DNA from: Gammaproteobacteria bacterium
Lineage (GTDB): Bacteria > Pseudomonadota > Gammaproteobacteria > Eutrophobiales > Eutrophobiaceae
Assembly: GCA_016193395.1 (NCBI GenBank)
Contig: JACPSH010000015.1
Coordinates: 37,858 to 101,857 of the forward strand
Direction of reading: 5' to 3'
Length of the DNA: 64,000 nucleotides
The first letter of the stretch is position 1; every line of letters starts with the position of its first letter. Made by a program: the position numbers and the translations under genes. Under the pieces are notes generated by a model. It was not told the origin of the DNA and did not search any database. It saw nothing but the letters and a program-made list of their open reading frames with translations. This document shows, one piece after another, positions 44,425-54,657 of this stretch.

Positions 44425-46518
44425 TTGCCCCGGGCCAGGCCACTGTCCGCGCCCACGCGCGATCTGCCCGGCGTCGGACCCAAGATCGAAGACCTGTTGA
44501 AACGCATTGGCATTCACTGCCTGCGCGACCTCTTGTTCCACCTCCCCTACCGCTACGCGGACCGCACGCGCCTGCTGCCGATCGGGGCGCTGCAATCCGG
44601 CGTCGAAGCGCTGACCCAGGGACGGGTGGAACTGTGCCAAGTGCGCTATCCCGGCCGCCGCTCGCTCCTGTGTCGAATCAGCGACGGCACCGGCGCATTG
44701 ACCCTGCGGTTCTTCCACTTCAATCGCGCGCAGGAAGCTCAGCTGCAGCGAGGCGCGCTCATTCGCTGTTATGGGTTGGCGCGCCGTTCCGCAACCACCG
44801 TGGAAATGATCCACCCTGAATACCAGAAGCTGAACGCGGAGCAACCGGCCCCGCTCGAACAGACGCTCACGCCGGTCTATCCCGCGACGGAGGGCCTGAG
44901 CCAGGGCCGGTTACGCAGGTTGACCACGGAAGCGCTGGCGGCCATGCGCTCCGATGCCGGGGGCCTGGAAGAGATCATTCCGGCAAGCCTGCTTCGCGAT
45001 CTGGGGATGCCGCTGCTGCGCGAGGCGCTGGAATACGTCCACCGTCCGCCGCCGGATGCCGATACCGCCCTGATGATGCAGGGAAGGCATCCCTGCCAGC
45101 AGCGGCTCGCCTTCGAGGAACTGCTCGCCCACATCCTGAGCCTGCGCGTGCTGCGATCCGAAGTCCGCGCGCAGAACGCGCCGCCGCTCAATCCGCCGGA
45201 CAACCGCCTGAGCGAAGCGATGATCGGCGCGCTGCCATTCGCATTAACCCTGGCCCAGCAGAGGGTCATGGCGCAGGTGCGCGCCGATCTCTCGGGAAAC
45301 AGGCCGATGATGAGGCTGTTGCAGGGAGACGTTGGATCCGGGAAAACCGTCGTGGCCGCATTCGCGGCGGTGCAGGCCGTAGCGTCCGGTTACCAGGTCG
45401 CGTTCATGGCGCCGACCGAACTGCTCGCCGGGCAGCATTTCCTGAACCTGGGACAATGGCTGTCTGCGCTGGAAATCGAGGTCATCCTGATGTCGGCCCA
45501 GTCCCGCGGCAGCGGGCGCGGCGAATGCCTGGCCCGCATGCGCGACGGGGCGCCGCTCGTCGCGGTCGGCACGCATGCCCTGTTCCAGGAACAGGTGAAA
45601 TTCGGGCGGCTGGGCCTCGTCATCATCGACGAACAGCACCGCTTCGGCGTGCATCAGCGCCTTGCGCTGCTCCGTAAAGGGGAGTCGGGCGAATCATTCC
45701 CCCACCAGCTGATCATGACGGCGACCCCCATTCCGCGCACGCTGGCCATGACGCTGTTCGCGGACCTGGATCTCTCGGTCATCGACGAGCTTCCCCCGGG
45801 GCGGCAGTCGGTACGGACCGTGGTGGTGTCCAATGTCCGCCGTGGCGAGGTGATCGATCGCGTTGCCGAGGCGTGCCGCGCAGGACGGCAGGTGTACTGG
45901 GTATGTCCGCTGATTGCGGAATCGGAGGTCCTGCAATGCCAGGCGGCGATCGAAACGCGCGCAGCCCTGCAGGAACAGTTTCCTCACCTGTCCATCGGCC
46001 TGCTCCACGGACGATTGCAGGCGCGCGAGAAAGAACGCGGGATGCAGCAGTTCCGTTCCGGCGCGCAGGATATTCTGGTGGCCACGACGGTAATCGAGGT
46101 TGGAGTGGACGTCCCGAACGCGAGCCTCATGGTCATCGAAAACGCCGAGCGGCTCGGCCTTGCGCAGCTGCATCAGTTGCGCGGACGGGTCGGACGCGGA
46201 CGAGCGAAGAGCGATTGCGTGTTGCTCTACCAGCCCCCGTTGTCCGGCTCGGCTCGGGCGCGCATGGAAACGATGCGTAGGACCACGGACGGTTTTGCGA
46301 TTGCCGAGAAGGATTTGCAGTTGCGCGGCGCCGGCGAACTCCTGGGCGCGCGTCAGACCGGGCTGCAAGGGATGCGCATTGCCAGTTTCGAGCGCGATGC
46401 CCGGATGATTCCGCGGGCGCGAAAGGTTGCGGACGCGCTGGTCGAGCGGCACCCGCAGGCCGTCGAACCGCTGGTGCGCCGCTGGGTGATGACCGAAGCC
46501 GGGATCGGTTCCGTCTGA
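44425..46518 (+). CDS. recG: ATP-dependent DNA helicase RecG
   Basis: The wedge domain, the helicase motifs (LLQGDVGSGKTVVA, DEQHRFG) and the C-terminal region match RecG. The spoT-(ridA)-recG order is conserved. Confidence 0.9.
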   Translation: MPRARPLSAPTRDLPGVGPKIEDLLKRIGIHCLRDLLFHLPYRYADRTRLLPIGALQSGVEALTQGRVELCQVRYPGRRSLLCRISDGTGALTLRFFHFNRAQEAQLQRGALIRCYGLARRSATTVEMIHPEYQKLNAEQPAPLEQTLTPVYPATEGLSQGRLRRLTTEALAAMRSDAGGLEEIIPASLLRDLGMPLLREALEYVHRPPPDADTALMMQGRHPCQQRLAFEELLAHILSLRVLRSEVRAQNAPPLNPPDNRLSEAMIGALPFALTLAQQRVMAQVRADLSGNRPMMRLLQGDVGSGKTVVAAFAAVQAVASGYQVAFMAPTELLAGQHFLNLGQWLSALEIEVILMSAQSRGSGRGECLARMRDGAPLVAVGTHALFQEQVKFGRLGLVIIDEQHRFGVHQRLALLRKGESGESFPHQLIMTATPIPRTLAMTLFADLDLSVIDELPPGRQSVRTVVVSNVRRGEVIDRVAEACRAGRQVYWVCPLIAESEVLQCQAAIETRAALQEQFPHLSIGLLHGRLQAREKERGMQQFRSGAQDILVATTVIEVGVDVPNASLMVIENAERLGLAQLHQLRGRVGRGRAKSDCVLLYQPPLSGSARARMETMRRTTDGFAIAEKDLQLRGAGELLGARQTGLQGMRIASFERDARMIPRARKVADALVERHPQAVEPLVRRWVMTEAGIGSV

Positions 46519-46544
46519 TATGCTGCCGCGACCTTAACCGCCTT

Positions 46545-47489
46545 ATGGGCACTCCCCAACCCATGCCGCCTGCGATCGGGATTTTCCTGCGGGTCGCCGG
46601 TGCCCGGGCCCAGGACTCCTGGCCGCGACTGCGCGAACGCCTGCGGGTGTACGCGGCGCTGACGCGCATCGACCGTCCCATCGGGGCGATGCTGCTGCTG
46701 TGGCCGACGCTGTGGGCATTGTGGATCGCCGGCGACGGAGCGCCGTCATTGCACCTGCTGCTCGTGTTCCTGTCCGGGGTGATCCTTTTGCGGTCCGCCG
46801 GCTGCGCATTGAACGACCTCGCCGATCGCGGCTTCGATGCGCATGTGCAGCGCACGCGCCTGCGACCGCTCGCGACTGGCGCGGTACAGCCACAAGAGGC
46901 ATTGACCGTGGCGGGAACGCTGCTGGCACTGGCTTTCGCCCTGGTCCTGACGACTAACCGCCTGACCATTCTGCTCTCGTTCGTCGCACTGACCCTGGCC
47001 GGCACCTACCCGTACATGAAGCGGCACACGTACCTGCCGCAATTCGTCCTCGGCCTTGCGTTCAGCTGGGGCATCCCCATGGCATTTGCGGCGCAGGCCG
47101 GCGCCATACCGCAGGTGGCGTGGCTGCTGTTCATCGCCAACCTTCTGTGGACCGTAGTCTTCGACACGATCTACGCGATGGTGGACCGCGAGGACGACCT
47201 CCGGATTGGAATCAAGTCCACCGCGATCTTGTTTGAGGATGCTGATCGGGTCATTATTGGCGTCATCCAGACGATGTTCATCGTCGTCCTGGCCATCGTC
47301 GGACGCAGACTCGAACTCGGAACGCCCTATGCAGTCTCCCTGGCAGTGGCCGCGGCATTCATGGTCTACCACCAGTACCTGATCCGCGAGCGTCTCCCGC
47401 AAAAGTGCCTGCAGGCCTTCCACCACAACAACTGGATCGGTCTCGTGATCTTTGCTGGGTTGGTAGCGACTTACGGACTGCGATCGTGA
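46545..47489 (+). CDS. ubiA: 4-hydroxybenzoate polyprenyltransferase
   Basis: The UbiA prenyltransferase motifs are present: NDLADRGFD (first Asp-rich motif) and the second motif, DTIYAMVDREDD. The protein has multiple transmembrane segments. Confidence 0.85.
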   Translation: MGTPQPMPPAIGIFLRVAGARAQDSWPRLRERLRVYAALTRIDRPIGAMLLLWPTLWALWIAGDGAPSLHLLLVFLSGVILLRSAGCALNDLADRGFDAHVQRTRLRPLATGAVQPQEALTVAGTLLALAFALVLTTNRLTILLSFVALTLAGTYPYMKRHTYLPQFVLGLAFSWGIPMAFAAQAGAIPQVAWLLFIANLLWTVVFDTIYAMVDREDDLRIGIKSTAILFEDADRVIIGVIQTMFIVVLAIVGRRLELGTPYAVSLAVAAAFMVYHQYLIRERLPQKCLQAFHHNNWIGLVIFAGLVATYGLRS

Positions 47490-48373
47490 GATTGCGGAGG
47501 GCATTGCCGCGATTGCTCGTGATCATGTGCGCCGTTTCGCCGCACGTTCGCGCCGCCGGCGACGACGATGTCGGTTCCGTCTGTGAACGCATCTCGGCGA
47601 AGCTTGCCAGTGTCAGGACCGAGGAGTGTGTCGAACGGGAATTGCGGCTGAGCACGGGCCGCTCGGTGCAGGACACGCCGATCCTGTATAAGGAATACGC
47701 GCCGCTCTCGTCGCGCAAGCCGCTGGGCCGCGTCCTGCTCGTAGGCGGGATCCATGGCGACGAATATTCCTCGGTGAGCATCGTGTTCAAATGGATGCTC
47801 ACGCTGGATTCGTATCATTCCGGACTGTTCCACTGGCGAATCGTGCCCCTGTTGAACCCGGACGGTCTGCTCCGCGATGATTCGCAACGGGTGAATGCCA
47901 ATGGCGTCGATCTCAACCGCAATTTCCCCATGCCGGCGTGGGAGGACACGTCTCTGGCATACTGGATACAGAAAACGGATCGCAATCCCCGCCGCTATCC
48001 GGGCAGCGGTCCGCTCAGCGAACCTGAAACGCGCTGGTTCGTGGACGAGATTAATGTGTTCGCGCCGGACGTGATCGTCACCGTTCACGCGCCGCATGGA
48101 ATCGTCGACTACGACGGTCCGAAGGATGGCCCGCGCCGGCTCGGCCGGCTGTACCTGAGTCTCATCGGGACGTACCCCGGATCGCTGGGAAATTATGCCG
48201 GCATCCAGCGGCGCATCCCGGTGGTCACGATCGAACTGCCCTACGCGGGGACGATGCCGAAGTCAGCGGAGGTGGCGGATATCTGGCGCGATCTGGTGCA
48301 GTGGTTGACGCGGAATATCCCTGCGCGGTTGCCGGTGGCCGGGCAGGACCCTCAGGACATGGAGCCTTCGTAG
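47486..48373 (+). CDS. M14-family zinc carboxypeptidase (murein-peptide amidase/gamma-D-Glu-DAP peptidase-like), secreted
   Basis: Zn-binding and substrate motifs are present (LLVGGIHGDEYSS, DLNRNFP and HAPHG). A GTG start at 47486 overlaps the ubiA stop (GTGA) and gives a signal-peptide-like N-terminus, RLRRALPRLLVIMCAVSPHVRAAG. Confidence 0.7.
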   Translation: MRLRRALPRLLVIMCAVSPHVRAAGDDDVGSVCERISAKLASVRTEECVERELRLSTGRSVQDTPILYKEYAPLSSRKPLGRVLLVGGIHGDEYSSVSIVFKWMLTLDSYHSGLFHWRIVPLLNPDGLLRDDSQRVNANGVDLNRNFPMPAWEDTSLAYWIQKTDRNPRRYPGSGPLSEPETRWFVDEINVFAPDVIVTVHAPHGIVDYDGPKDGPRRLGRLYLSLIGTYPGSLGNYAGIQRRIPVVTIELPYAGTMPKSAEVADIWRDLVQWLTRNIPARLPVAGQDPQDMEPS

Positions 48374-49563
48374 ACGATCCGCCACTTGCCGTCCTCTTCC
48401 CTCTGCCAGTACTGGCGCTTGACGAATACGCGACGCAGATTGTCGCTCGTATAATCCTGTTCAAACGTGACCACGAGGACTTCGTCCTCTCCCGGGTACA
48501 GGAACATGCTCTGTGCCGAGATCCCGACGCGGATGAAGCGCTTGCTGGAAGTCACGCGGCGCTTGTAGTCGACCCATGCTGAATAATCCTTGCCCAGACC
48601 GGAATAGCCCGGGGAATAGTGACTCAGATAGAGATCCGCGTCGCGGCTCTCCCAGTCGCGTCGCCACTGCTCGACTACGTTTTCCAGCGCGCCGCGGCGC
48701 CGCTGCCATTCCGCGCGCGCCAGCCACTGAATGCCGGCGGTCAGTATCACCGGCGTGCGGCCAGGCTCAACATACTGAGCCAGCGCGTTCAGGTCCCGGT
48801 TGCTAAGGATCACGCAGCCGTCGCTGTCCCGCGGCGGGCGGCTGAAGGTGTCGTGCGGTGTGCCGTGCAGCCAGATGCCGTAGCCGGTGCGGCCGTGGCG
48901 CTGATCCCAGACGTTCGGATAGTCGATGGGATAGGCGCCGTCGCCGTAGAAATCGGGCAGCTGCCCGGAGCCGATGAAGCCGGTGACGAAATAGACTCCG
49001 ACCGGGGTCTTTTGATCCCCCTCCGAGCCCTTGCCCATCCCGTTCTTGCCGATGGTGGCGTAGAAGTCCAGGACAAGCTCCGGAACGCCGCTCCGGTTTT
49101 CGAACAGGTACAGCCGCGACGTGCTCATATTGACGACGATCGCATAGCGCTGATCATCGCTGAGCTTGACCAGTGAAGCCGGCACGAGGCCGGCGGGCGA
49201 CGGCGCCCGGTAGTGCCGCCAGCGCGCCTGCGCTTCGTCGCGCAGCGCCTGGATCTGACCATACGCGGCCGAAGGTACGTTTCCAAAATCGCCGATCGGC
49301 CGGGACTTGGCGAGCAACAGATCGGCATAGACCAGCTGCGCCAGGCGGAAGCTGGGATTGTCGATGACCAGCTGCTGCAGCTCGGCCAATGCGCCGTCCA
49401 ACTGGCCACGGCCAATCCTGTCCAACGCCTCCACGAACATGAGTTCCTGCCCGTGATCGAAATCGTGCAGGACGACGTGCTTGGCGACCAGGTCCGCGGC
49501 ACAGGCGGGCATCGCCAGCAACGCCAGGAACAGGATCACGGAGAATTTCATGGGTCGGGGCAT
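48352..49563 (-). CDS. L,D-transpeptidase (YkuD/ErfK family) with signal peptide
   Basis: The signal peptide MKFSVILFLALLAMPACAA is followed by a catalytic region, HGTPHDTFSRPPRDSDGCVILSN, carrying the LdtD-type H...SxGC motif. Confidence 0.75.
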   Translation of the reverse strand: MPRPMKFSVILFLALLAMPACAADLVAKHVVLHDFDHGQELMFVEALDRIGRGQLDGALAELQQLVIDNPSFRLAQLVYADLLLAKSRPIGDFGNVPSAAYGQIQALRDEAQARWRHYRAPSPAGLVPASLVKLSDDQRYAIVVNMSTSRLYLFENRSGVPELVLDFYATIGKNGMGKGSEGDQKTPVGVYFVTGFIGSGQLPDFYGDGAYPIDYPNVWDQRHGRTGYGIWLHGTPHDTFSRPPRDSDGCVILSNRDLNALAQYVEPGRTPVILTAGIQWLARAEWQRRRGALENVVEQWRRDWESRDADLYLSHYSPGYSGLGKDYSAWVDYKRRVTSSKRFIRVGISAQSMFLYPGEDEVLVVTFEQDYTSDNLRRVFVKRQYWQREEDGKWRIVYEGSMS

Positions 49564-49584
49564 GTTCGCACCGGGCGCCGGACC

Positions 49585-50718
49585 TTAGCGGATGGTCTCT
49601 TGGGTGATCATCCAGCGTTCCCCTGTTTTTTTCAGCAACAACGTCTTGCGAATCCGATCGTCAATCGTATCCGATTGGTAATCCTGCCAGAACGCCGCCT
49701 GTGCATGATCCTCGCCCATCATGGTCACATTGAGATCGGAAATCTCCACCTGGATGAAGTGCGGCGCCGCCAGCCGTTCCCTGCGCCAGGCTGCCCACTC
49801 GCCGCGTGGCCTGCCGTCAGCCGGAGAGAAATCGTCCGCGTAAAACGCGAGATAGGCGTCCGCATCCTTTGATGACCAGGCGGTCGCCCAGAGATCGACC
49901 GCCCGTCGCACCGCCTCCAGGCTCGCCGCGGGATCCGCGACCACCGGCCTGGCGGCCACCGCCGCGGGCATTGCAGCAGGTGCAGCGGACGGTTTGGTCG
50001 CTGCAGGCGGCGATGCGGGCGCCGACGGAGCGGCTGTCCCGGGCGTCGCCTCGACAGGCGCGGCCTCCGCCACAACCGGCTTTGCGGCCGACGGCGTTTC
50101 CGCCGCCGTGGGCGCGGGAGTTGCCGCACGAGTCTCCATGGGAGCCGGCGCCGGCCGCGCAGTCTTGGCCGGGGTGGCTTGCGCGACGGTTGCCGCTTCC
50201 GGCTGTGGCGCGGGGAACAGGTTCGTGATCAGGGACAGCTTGGCTTTTGCGGTGGAATTGTCCTGGTCCAGCTGGAGGGCGTGGTTGTAGGCCTGGCTCG
50301 CCATCTTGGCGTAGATGTCACCCAGGTTTTCGTGCGCGGTAGCGTAACTCGGGTGCGTGTTGATCGCTTTCTGCAGCGCCTGCCGCGCCTTTTCGAAATC
50401 GCCCTGCGCGGCATACACGACGGCGAGGTTATTGTAGGGCTCCGGCAATTCCGGGTGTTCATTCGTCAATTCCAGGAAGATTTCCGCCGCTTCATCCATC
50501 CGGTTCATCCGCGTCAGGATCGAACCCTTGAGAAAGCGGTAGGTGACGCTGGCCATGTCGTCTTTCAACTCTGCATTGGTGGCCGACAACGCTTCATCGA
50601 GTTTCCCCTGCTCGACGAACTCCTGGATCCGCGCTGATGCGGCGGGCTCTGCACCGCTGGCCGCGCAGATCAAGATGCCCAGCATCCCGGCATATGCGGT
50701 CTGTAATTTCGATTTCAT
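49585..50718 (-). CDS. TPR-repeat protein with Ala/Pro-rich linker and C-terminal NTF2-like (DUF4440/SnoaL-type) domain; secreted
   Basis: MKSKLQTAYAGMLGILICAASGA is a signal peptide. TPR repeats follow (YNNLAVVYAAQGDFEKARQALQKAINTHPSYATAHENLGDIY), then a low-complexity PA-rich region. ORF 49585..50784 was trimmed to the signal-peptide Met. Confidence 0.65.
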   Translation of the reverse strand: MKSKLQTAYAGMLGILICAASGAEPAASARIQEFVEQGKLDEALSATNAELKDDMASVTYRFLKGSILTRMNRMDEAAEIFLELTNEHPELPEPYNNLAVVYAAQGDFEKARQALQKAINTHPSYATAHENLGDIYAKMASQAYNHALQLDQDNSTAKAKLSLITNLFPAPQPEAATVAQATPAKTARPAPAPMETRAATPAPTAAETPSAAKPVVAEAAPVEATPGTAAPSAPASPPAATKPSAAPAAMPAAVAARPVVADPAASLEAVRRAVDLWATAWSSKDADAYLAFYADDFSPADGRPRGEWAAWRRERLAAPHFIQVEISDLNVTMMGEDHAQAAFWQDYQSDTIDDRIRKTLLLKKTGERWMITQETIR

Positions 50719-50804
50719 TCCCCCGCGCCCGCCCCCATCATGCATTTCAGTTTTTATCTTCAACCGATCCCGACAGATACGCACAACTCTTGAAGTGGCT
50801 TATT

Positions 50805-51566
50805 CTATGGGGCGGACCGGTTGATGGCAATTTGATCACAGCGCACCGGTACAAAGTGATAGCGCGAGGGGAGACCGCGGAACATTTCGTCAATGGCGCT
50901 GCCTGAGGCCGGAACCTGCACGTCCAGCCAGTAGATTTGCTGCAGATTCGAATAGGGAACGACGACTGGCTTGAAGCCCTTCTCCTTGAGTTCCTGCAAC
51001 CTCGCGTTCACGGTGGCCTGCGTTGAAAACAGGCCCAGGGAAATGGAGTTCACCAGGTCCCCGCGATTGATCAGGCGGTAGTCGCGCACGCCTTTTTTCT
51101 GAAGATCCGCCATCGTTGCATCCGCACCGGCGCGCGACGTCTGTTCCAGGTATACCCAGAACAACCGGCGGTCCGGATCCTGGGCGGCGCGCGCCGAGGC
51201 CGGGCTCCGGCGCGCATGAAACCAGTCTCCCAGCCAGAGCACATGCTTCTCCTCGGGCAACGGCCCGAACGTGAAACAGCTGTACTCGACCGACTCAGCG
51301 GACACGTCCGCCATGCTGATGTCGGGCAACTGCGTGACCAAATCCCCTGCATCGTCCTCCGGTTCGGGCGCGGGCTCCACGGGCATCTCTTCCACCCGCG
51401 CGACCGGCGGGGATTCCAATTCCTCCAGCAGCGCAAGTTTCTTCGCGGACCAGGCGACGGGCAGCGAGGCATCGGCGTTCGCGATGTTGGCGCGTGATTG
51501 CCGATCCAGCTCCCAGCCCAAGTAAACGGCGTTCGCGATCAGCAGGAGCAGCACCAGCCACTTCAT
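50805..51566 (-). CDS. SPOR domain-containing protein (septal peptidoglycan binding), membrane anchored
   Basis: An N-terminal TM helix MKWLVLLLLIANAVYLGW is followed by a C-terminal SPOR-like segment (...RGDLVNSISLGLFSTQATVNARLQELKEKGFKPVVV). It lies downstream of birA-coaX, as in many proteobacteria. Confidence 0.7.
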   Translation of the reverse strand: MKWLVLLLLIANAVYLGWELDRQSRANIANADASLPVAWSAKKLALLEELESPPVARVEEMPVEPAPEPEDDAGDLVTQLPDISMADVSAESVEYSCFTFGPLPEEKHVLWLGDWFHARRSPASARAAQDPDRRLFWVYLEQTSRAGADATMADLQKKGVRDYRLINRGDLVNSISLGLFSTQATVNARLQELKEKGFKPVVVPYSNLQQIYWLDVQVPASGSAIDEMFRGLPSRYHFVPVRCDQIAINRSAP

Positions 51567-52310
51567 TCAGCGCTCCGCGCCGAACAGCGCGAGCCCCCGA
51601 AGCACCAGTTCCGGATCATGCTCGAATCGGTGCTGCAGCCCTGGCAGGAGGCGCTCCGCCGCGCCACCGGTGATGAAGCAATGGAGATCCGGCCCGTGGC
51701 GGGAAGTCATCCAAGCGGCTGCGCGGTCGATCAATGCCGCGAGGGCAATGGCGGCTCCATTGCGAACGCATTCCCCGGTCGAGCGCCCGAATTCCGGCAT
51801 GGCCCCGCTCGAAGCCGCAGGCGGGATCCCGTCCGTATTATCACTCAGCGATCGGAGCATCAAATCCACCCCGGGGACGATGAGCCCGCCCACATGCTGT
51901 CCTTCCCGATCCAGGCCGTCAATCGTCGTGGCCGTTCCGCAACTGACGATGCACGCGGGCCGGTGCCGCTCCGACCACGCAGCCAGCAGCGCCAACCAGC
52001 GATCGACCCCGAGCTGCCTGAAGTCCGTGTAGCCATTGATCACGCCAAAGCGTTGCCGTTCCACCTGCACGAAGACCGGTGAGAGCGACCAAAGCCGGGA
52101 ACAGTCTGCGGCGACGTTCTCCGCGGCAGCCTGTCCACCGACATTGGCGACCAGGACCGTTTTGGGCCTCGAAAGGTCTGCGAACACCTTGAACAAACCA
52201 TCGGACACCATGGCATCCGGCCGCGGCACCGCGCCGCCAGTCATGAATGAGCCGCTCTCGAGCGTGGCCCATTTGATGCGCGAGTTGCCAATGTCGATCA
52301 GCAGATTCAT
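51567..52310 (-). CDS. coaX: Type III pantothenate kinase
   Basis: MNLLIDIGNSRIKWA is the hallmark N-terminus. The length is 247 aa. A 4-bp overlap with birA indicates an operon. Confidence 0.9.
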   Translation of the reverse strand: MNLLIDIGNSRIKWATLESGSFMTGGAVPRPDAMVSDGLFKVFADLSRPKTVLVANVGGQAAAENVAADCSRLWSLSPVFVQVERQRFGVINGYTDFRQLGVDRWLALLAAWSERHRPACIVSCGTATTIDGLDREGQHVGGLIVPGVDLMLRSLSDNTDGIPPAASSGAMPEFGRSTGECVRNGAAIALAALIDRAAAWMTSRHGPDLHCFITGGAAERLLPGLQHRFEHDPELVLRGLALFGAER

Positions 52311-53275
52311 GCGCCGAGCCGGAGACTGAGTTCGCCACTGCTGAAACGCTGTTCCCGTCCCGCGATTTGCATGATCAGCAGGCCGCGTTCGTCGATGTCC
52401 AGGACCCTGCCGGCGACCTCGCGATCGGGAAGCTTGAGGCGCGCCGGACGACCCCTGCCAACGTCATGGTTGCGCCATTCCTGGAGGTACGCCGGCGTTT
52501 CACCGGCCTGGCAGTCGCGGCACATGCGCAGCAATTGCGCGATCGACAACGCGGCCAGGCGGTTGCGCGAAGGCGCCGCGCCGCCAATACTCGCCAGGTC
52601 GGTGACAGGCTGGTCGACAGATGCGCCGACATTCGGCGGCAGACGGACATTCAGGCCCAGCCCGATGACGACATCGACCGCGCCCGCGATCTGGCCCCGC
52701 GACTCGACCAGTATGCCGCCCAGTTTACGATCTTCGTGGACCATGTCGTTCGGCCACTTCAGGCCGACGCCCGTGATCCCGCAGCATTGCAATGCGCGCA
52801 GCACGGCCACGGCGCTGAACAGCGACAACATCATCAGGGAATCCGGCGCGCTCTCGAACCGCCAGCCGAGCGACAGGCATATGCCGCTGGCGGGCGGCGA
52901 CACCCAGCGATTCCCGCGCCGGCCGCGTCCGGCCGTCTGGAATTCCGCGAGCACCACGTTCCCGTGCGGCCGGGCTTCCCTGAGAAGGAAGTCATTGGTG
53001 GACACGAGCGTGAAAAACACGTCGAGACGGTTGAGTGCACGGGCTGCCTCCGCATCCAGGCTGTCCCGGATCAGACCGGCATCGAGCAGTTCCAGCGGTT
53101 CCGCCAGCCTGTACCCCTTGCCGCGGATCGCGAAGATATCCAGGCCCGCGCCGACCAAGCCGCGAACGCCTTTCCAGACCGCGGTGCGGCTGCGGCCAAG
53201 GTCGCGGGCGAGCGTGGCACCAGAATGGAACACCCCGTCGGACAGCCGGGCCAATATCGCGCGCCGCAGTTCCAT
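52307..53275 (-). CDS. birA: Bifunctional biotin--[acetyl-CoA-carboxylase] ligase and biotin-operon repressor
   Basis: An N-terminal HTH is followed by the motif ...QTAGRGRRGNRWVSP... (GRGRRG biotin-binding loop). The length is 322 aa. Confidence 0.9.
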   Translation of the reverse strand: MELRRAILARLSDGVFHSGATLARDLGRSRTAVWKGVRGLVGAGLDIFAIRGKGYRLAEPLELLDAGLIRDSLDAEAARALNRLDVFFTLVSTNDFLLREARPHGNVVLAEFQTAGRGRRGNRWVSPPASGICLSLGWRFESAPDSLMMLSLFSAVAVLRALQCCGITGVGLKWPNDMVHEDRKLGGILVESRGQIAGAVDVVIGLGLNVRLPPNVGASVDQPVTDLASIGGAAPSRNRLAALSIAQLLRMCRDCQAGETPAYLQEWRNHDVGRGRPARLKLPDREVAGRVLDIDERGLLIMQIAGREQRFSSGELSLRLGA

Positions 53276-53363
53276 TCCCCGAGGCTACCGGAGACGCAGC
53301 CACCGGATGCGGCGGCGGGTACGCGCAGACACGGACTCCTGCATCGCTCCCGCTACGCCACTT

Positions 53364-54559
53364 TCACTTGCGGGCGTCCTGGTCCGAACCGGTGATATCA
53401 AAGAAATCGTCTCCGGAGCCGTTGCCTTCTTTCTTCTTTGAAGCGCCGCGCGCCGCGGTCGGAGGTGGACTGGCGCCCGGCATCAATGTGTCGTCCTCCG
53501 AATCCGGAGCCTTATCGCCCTCGTCCCCGGATGTTCCGCCCGGTAGCAGGGTCTCGTCCTCGGAAGTCGGCCGCGGGGCGCCGCCGGCCGGCAACAGTGT
53601 CTCCTCATCGGCGGCGGCGCTTCTGCCAGAACCGCGGGAAGGGAGCAGGGTTTCCTCTTCCCCCGTGAGTCGCGGTTTCCGCCCCGGAGCCTGCTCCTCG
53701 CTGACCGAGAGATCATGCAACAACTCGGCCTCTTCCGTGCTCATCGCGGCGGCGGCCTTCTGTGGTACGCCCCTCCCGGCGAATCCCGTCTCCGACACGA
53801 CGGTCTTGCCGGTCTCGGCCACGTCCGGCATGACAAATTCAAACTGGTACTTATGCAGGCGCACGCGGTCGCCATGCTTCAACCGGATTTCGCTGCTCAC
53901 AGCCTTGTCGTTCACGAAAGTCCCATTGATGCTGCCCTGATCCATGATCCAGTAGGCGAAGTCCTTGTACTCGATCAGGGCGTGGCGCCGGCCGATGGTC
54001 GACTGCGGAATGACGATGTAATCCAGGTGCTCCGTGTCCTTCCCTGCAACGCGACCGAGCATGATGGGTTTGCTTCCGAGCTTGTAAGTGGTCTGCGACG
54101 TGCCGCCTTGCAAATCGTTCAGGTAGGCCTCGGCGACATAGGCGTGCGGAGGCCGGAGTTCGTGTCCCCGGCGGATGAGCAGCACGATGATGCCGACCAA
54201 CGCTGCGATCAGCGCAATCGCGGCGAACAGGATGATGATCGAACGGGTCCGCTCTTCCTCCTGGACGGATTCAACCTGCTGGGCAGGCGCAATTTCGACG
54301 GGTGCACCGGCATGGGCCGGTTCCCCTGCATCGGCGGCGGGCGCGAATCCGGGCTGCAGCCCGGGCTGCGATTCCAGGGGAGGACCCGTCTCAGCCGGGA
54401 CTTCCGCGGAGGTCTCAGTATCGGGCCCTGGCGCGGCCGGTTGCTGAGCGGCCTCCGCGATCCCCGGATCGGCGTCCGGATCTCCCCCCGCCGCAATGCC
54501 CTGCTCCTGCCCGGCAACCGGCAGCGAAATCACGAGCATCAGCAACAAGGGCAAAACGC
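53364..54559 (-). CDS. FHA-domain membrane protein with C-terminal acidic 'EETLLP' repeats
   Basis: After the signal peptide MISRVLPLLLMLVISLPVAG and a TM helix (IIILFAAIALIAALVGIIVLLI), an FHA domain follows (IMLGRVAG...IGRRHALIEY...WIMDQGSINGTFVND). Four degenerate repeats follow: EEETLLPSRG / DEETLLPAGG / EDETLLPGGT / EDDTLMPGAS. ORF 53364..54773 was trimmed to the signal-peptide Met. Confidence 0.7.
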
Positions 54560-54657
54560 GGGAAATCATTGCATGGAAAGCCTGGTTCGGAGGAGGGTTG
54601 GGAAGAGTGACATTATAAGTCGTCCATGTTCGGCTCTGCACCCCGAACGTCGGGGGT

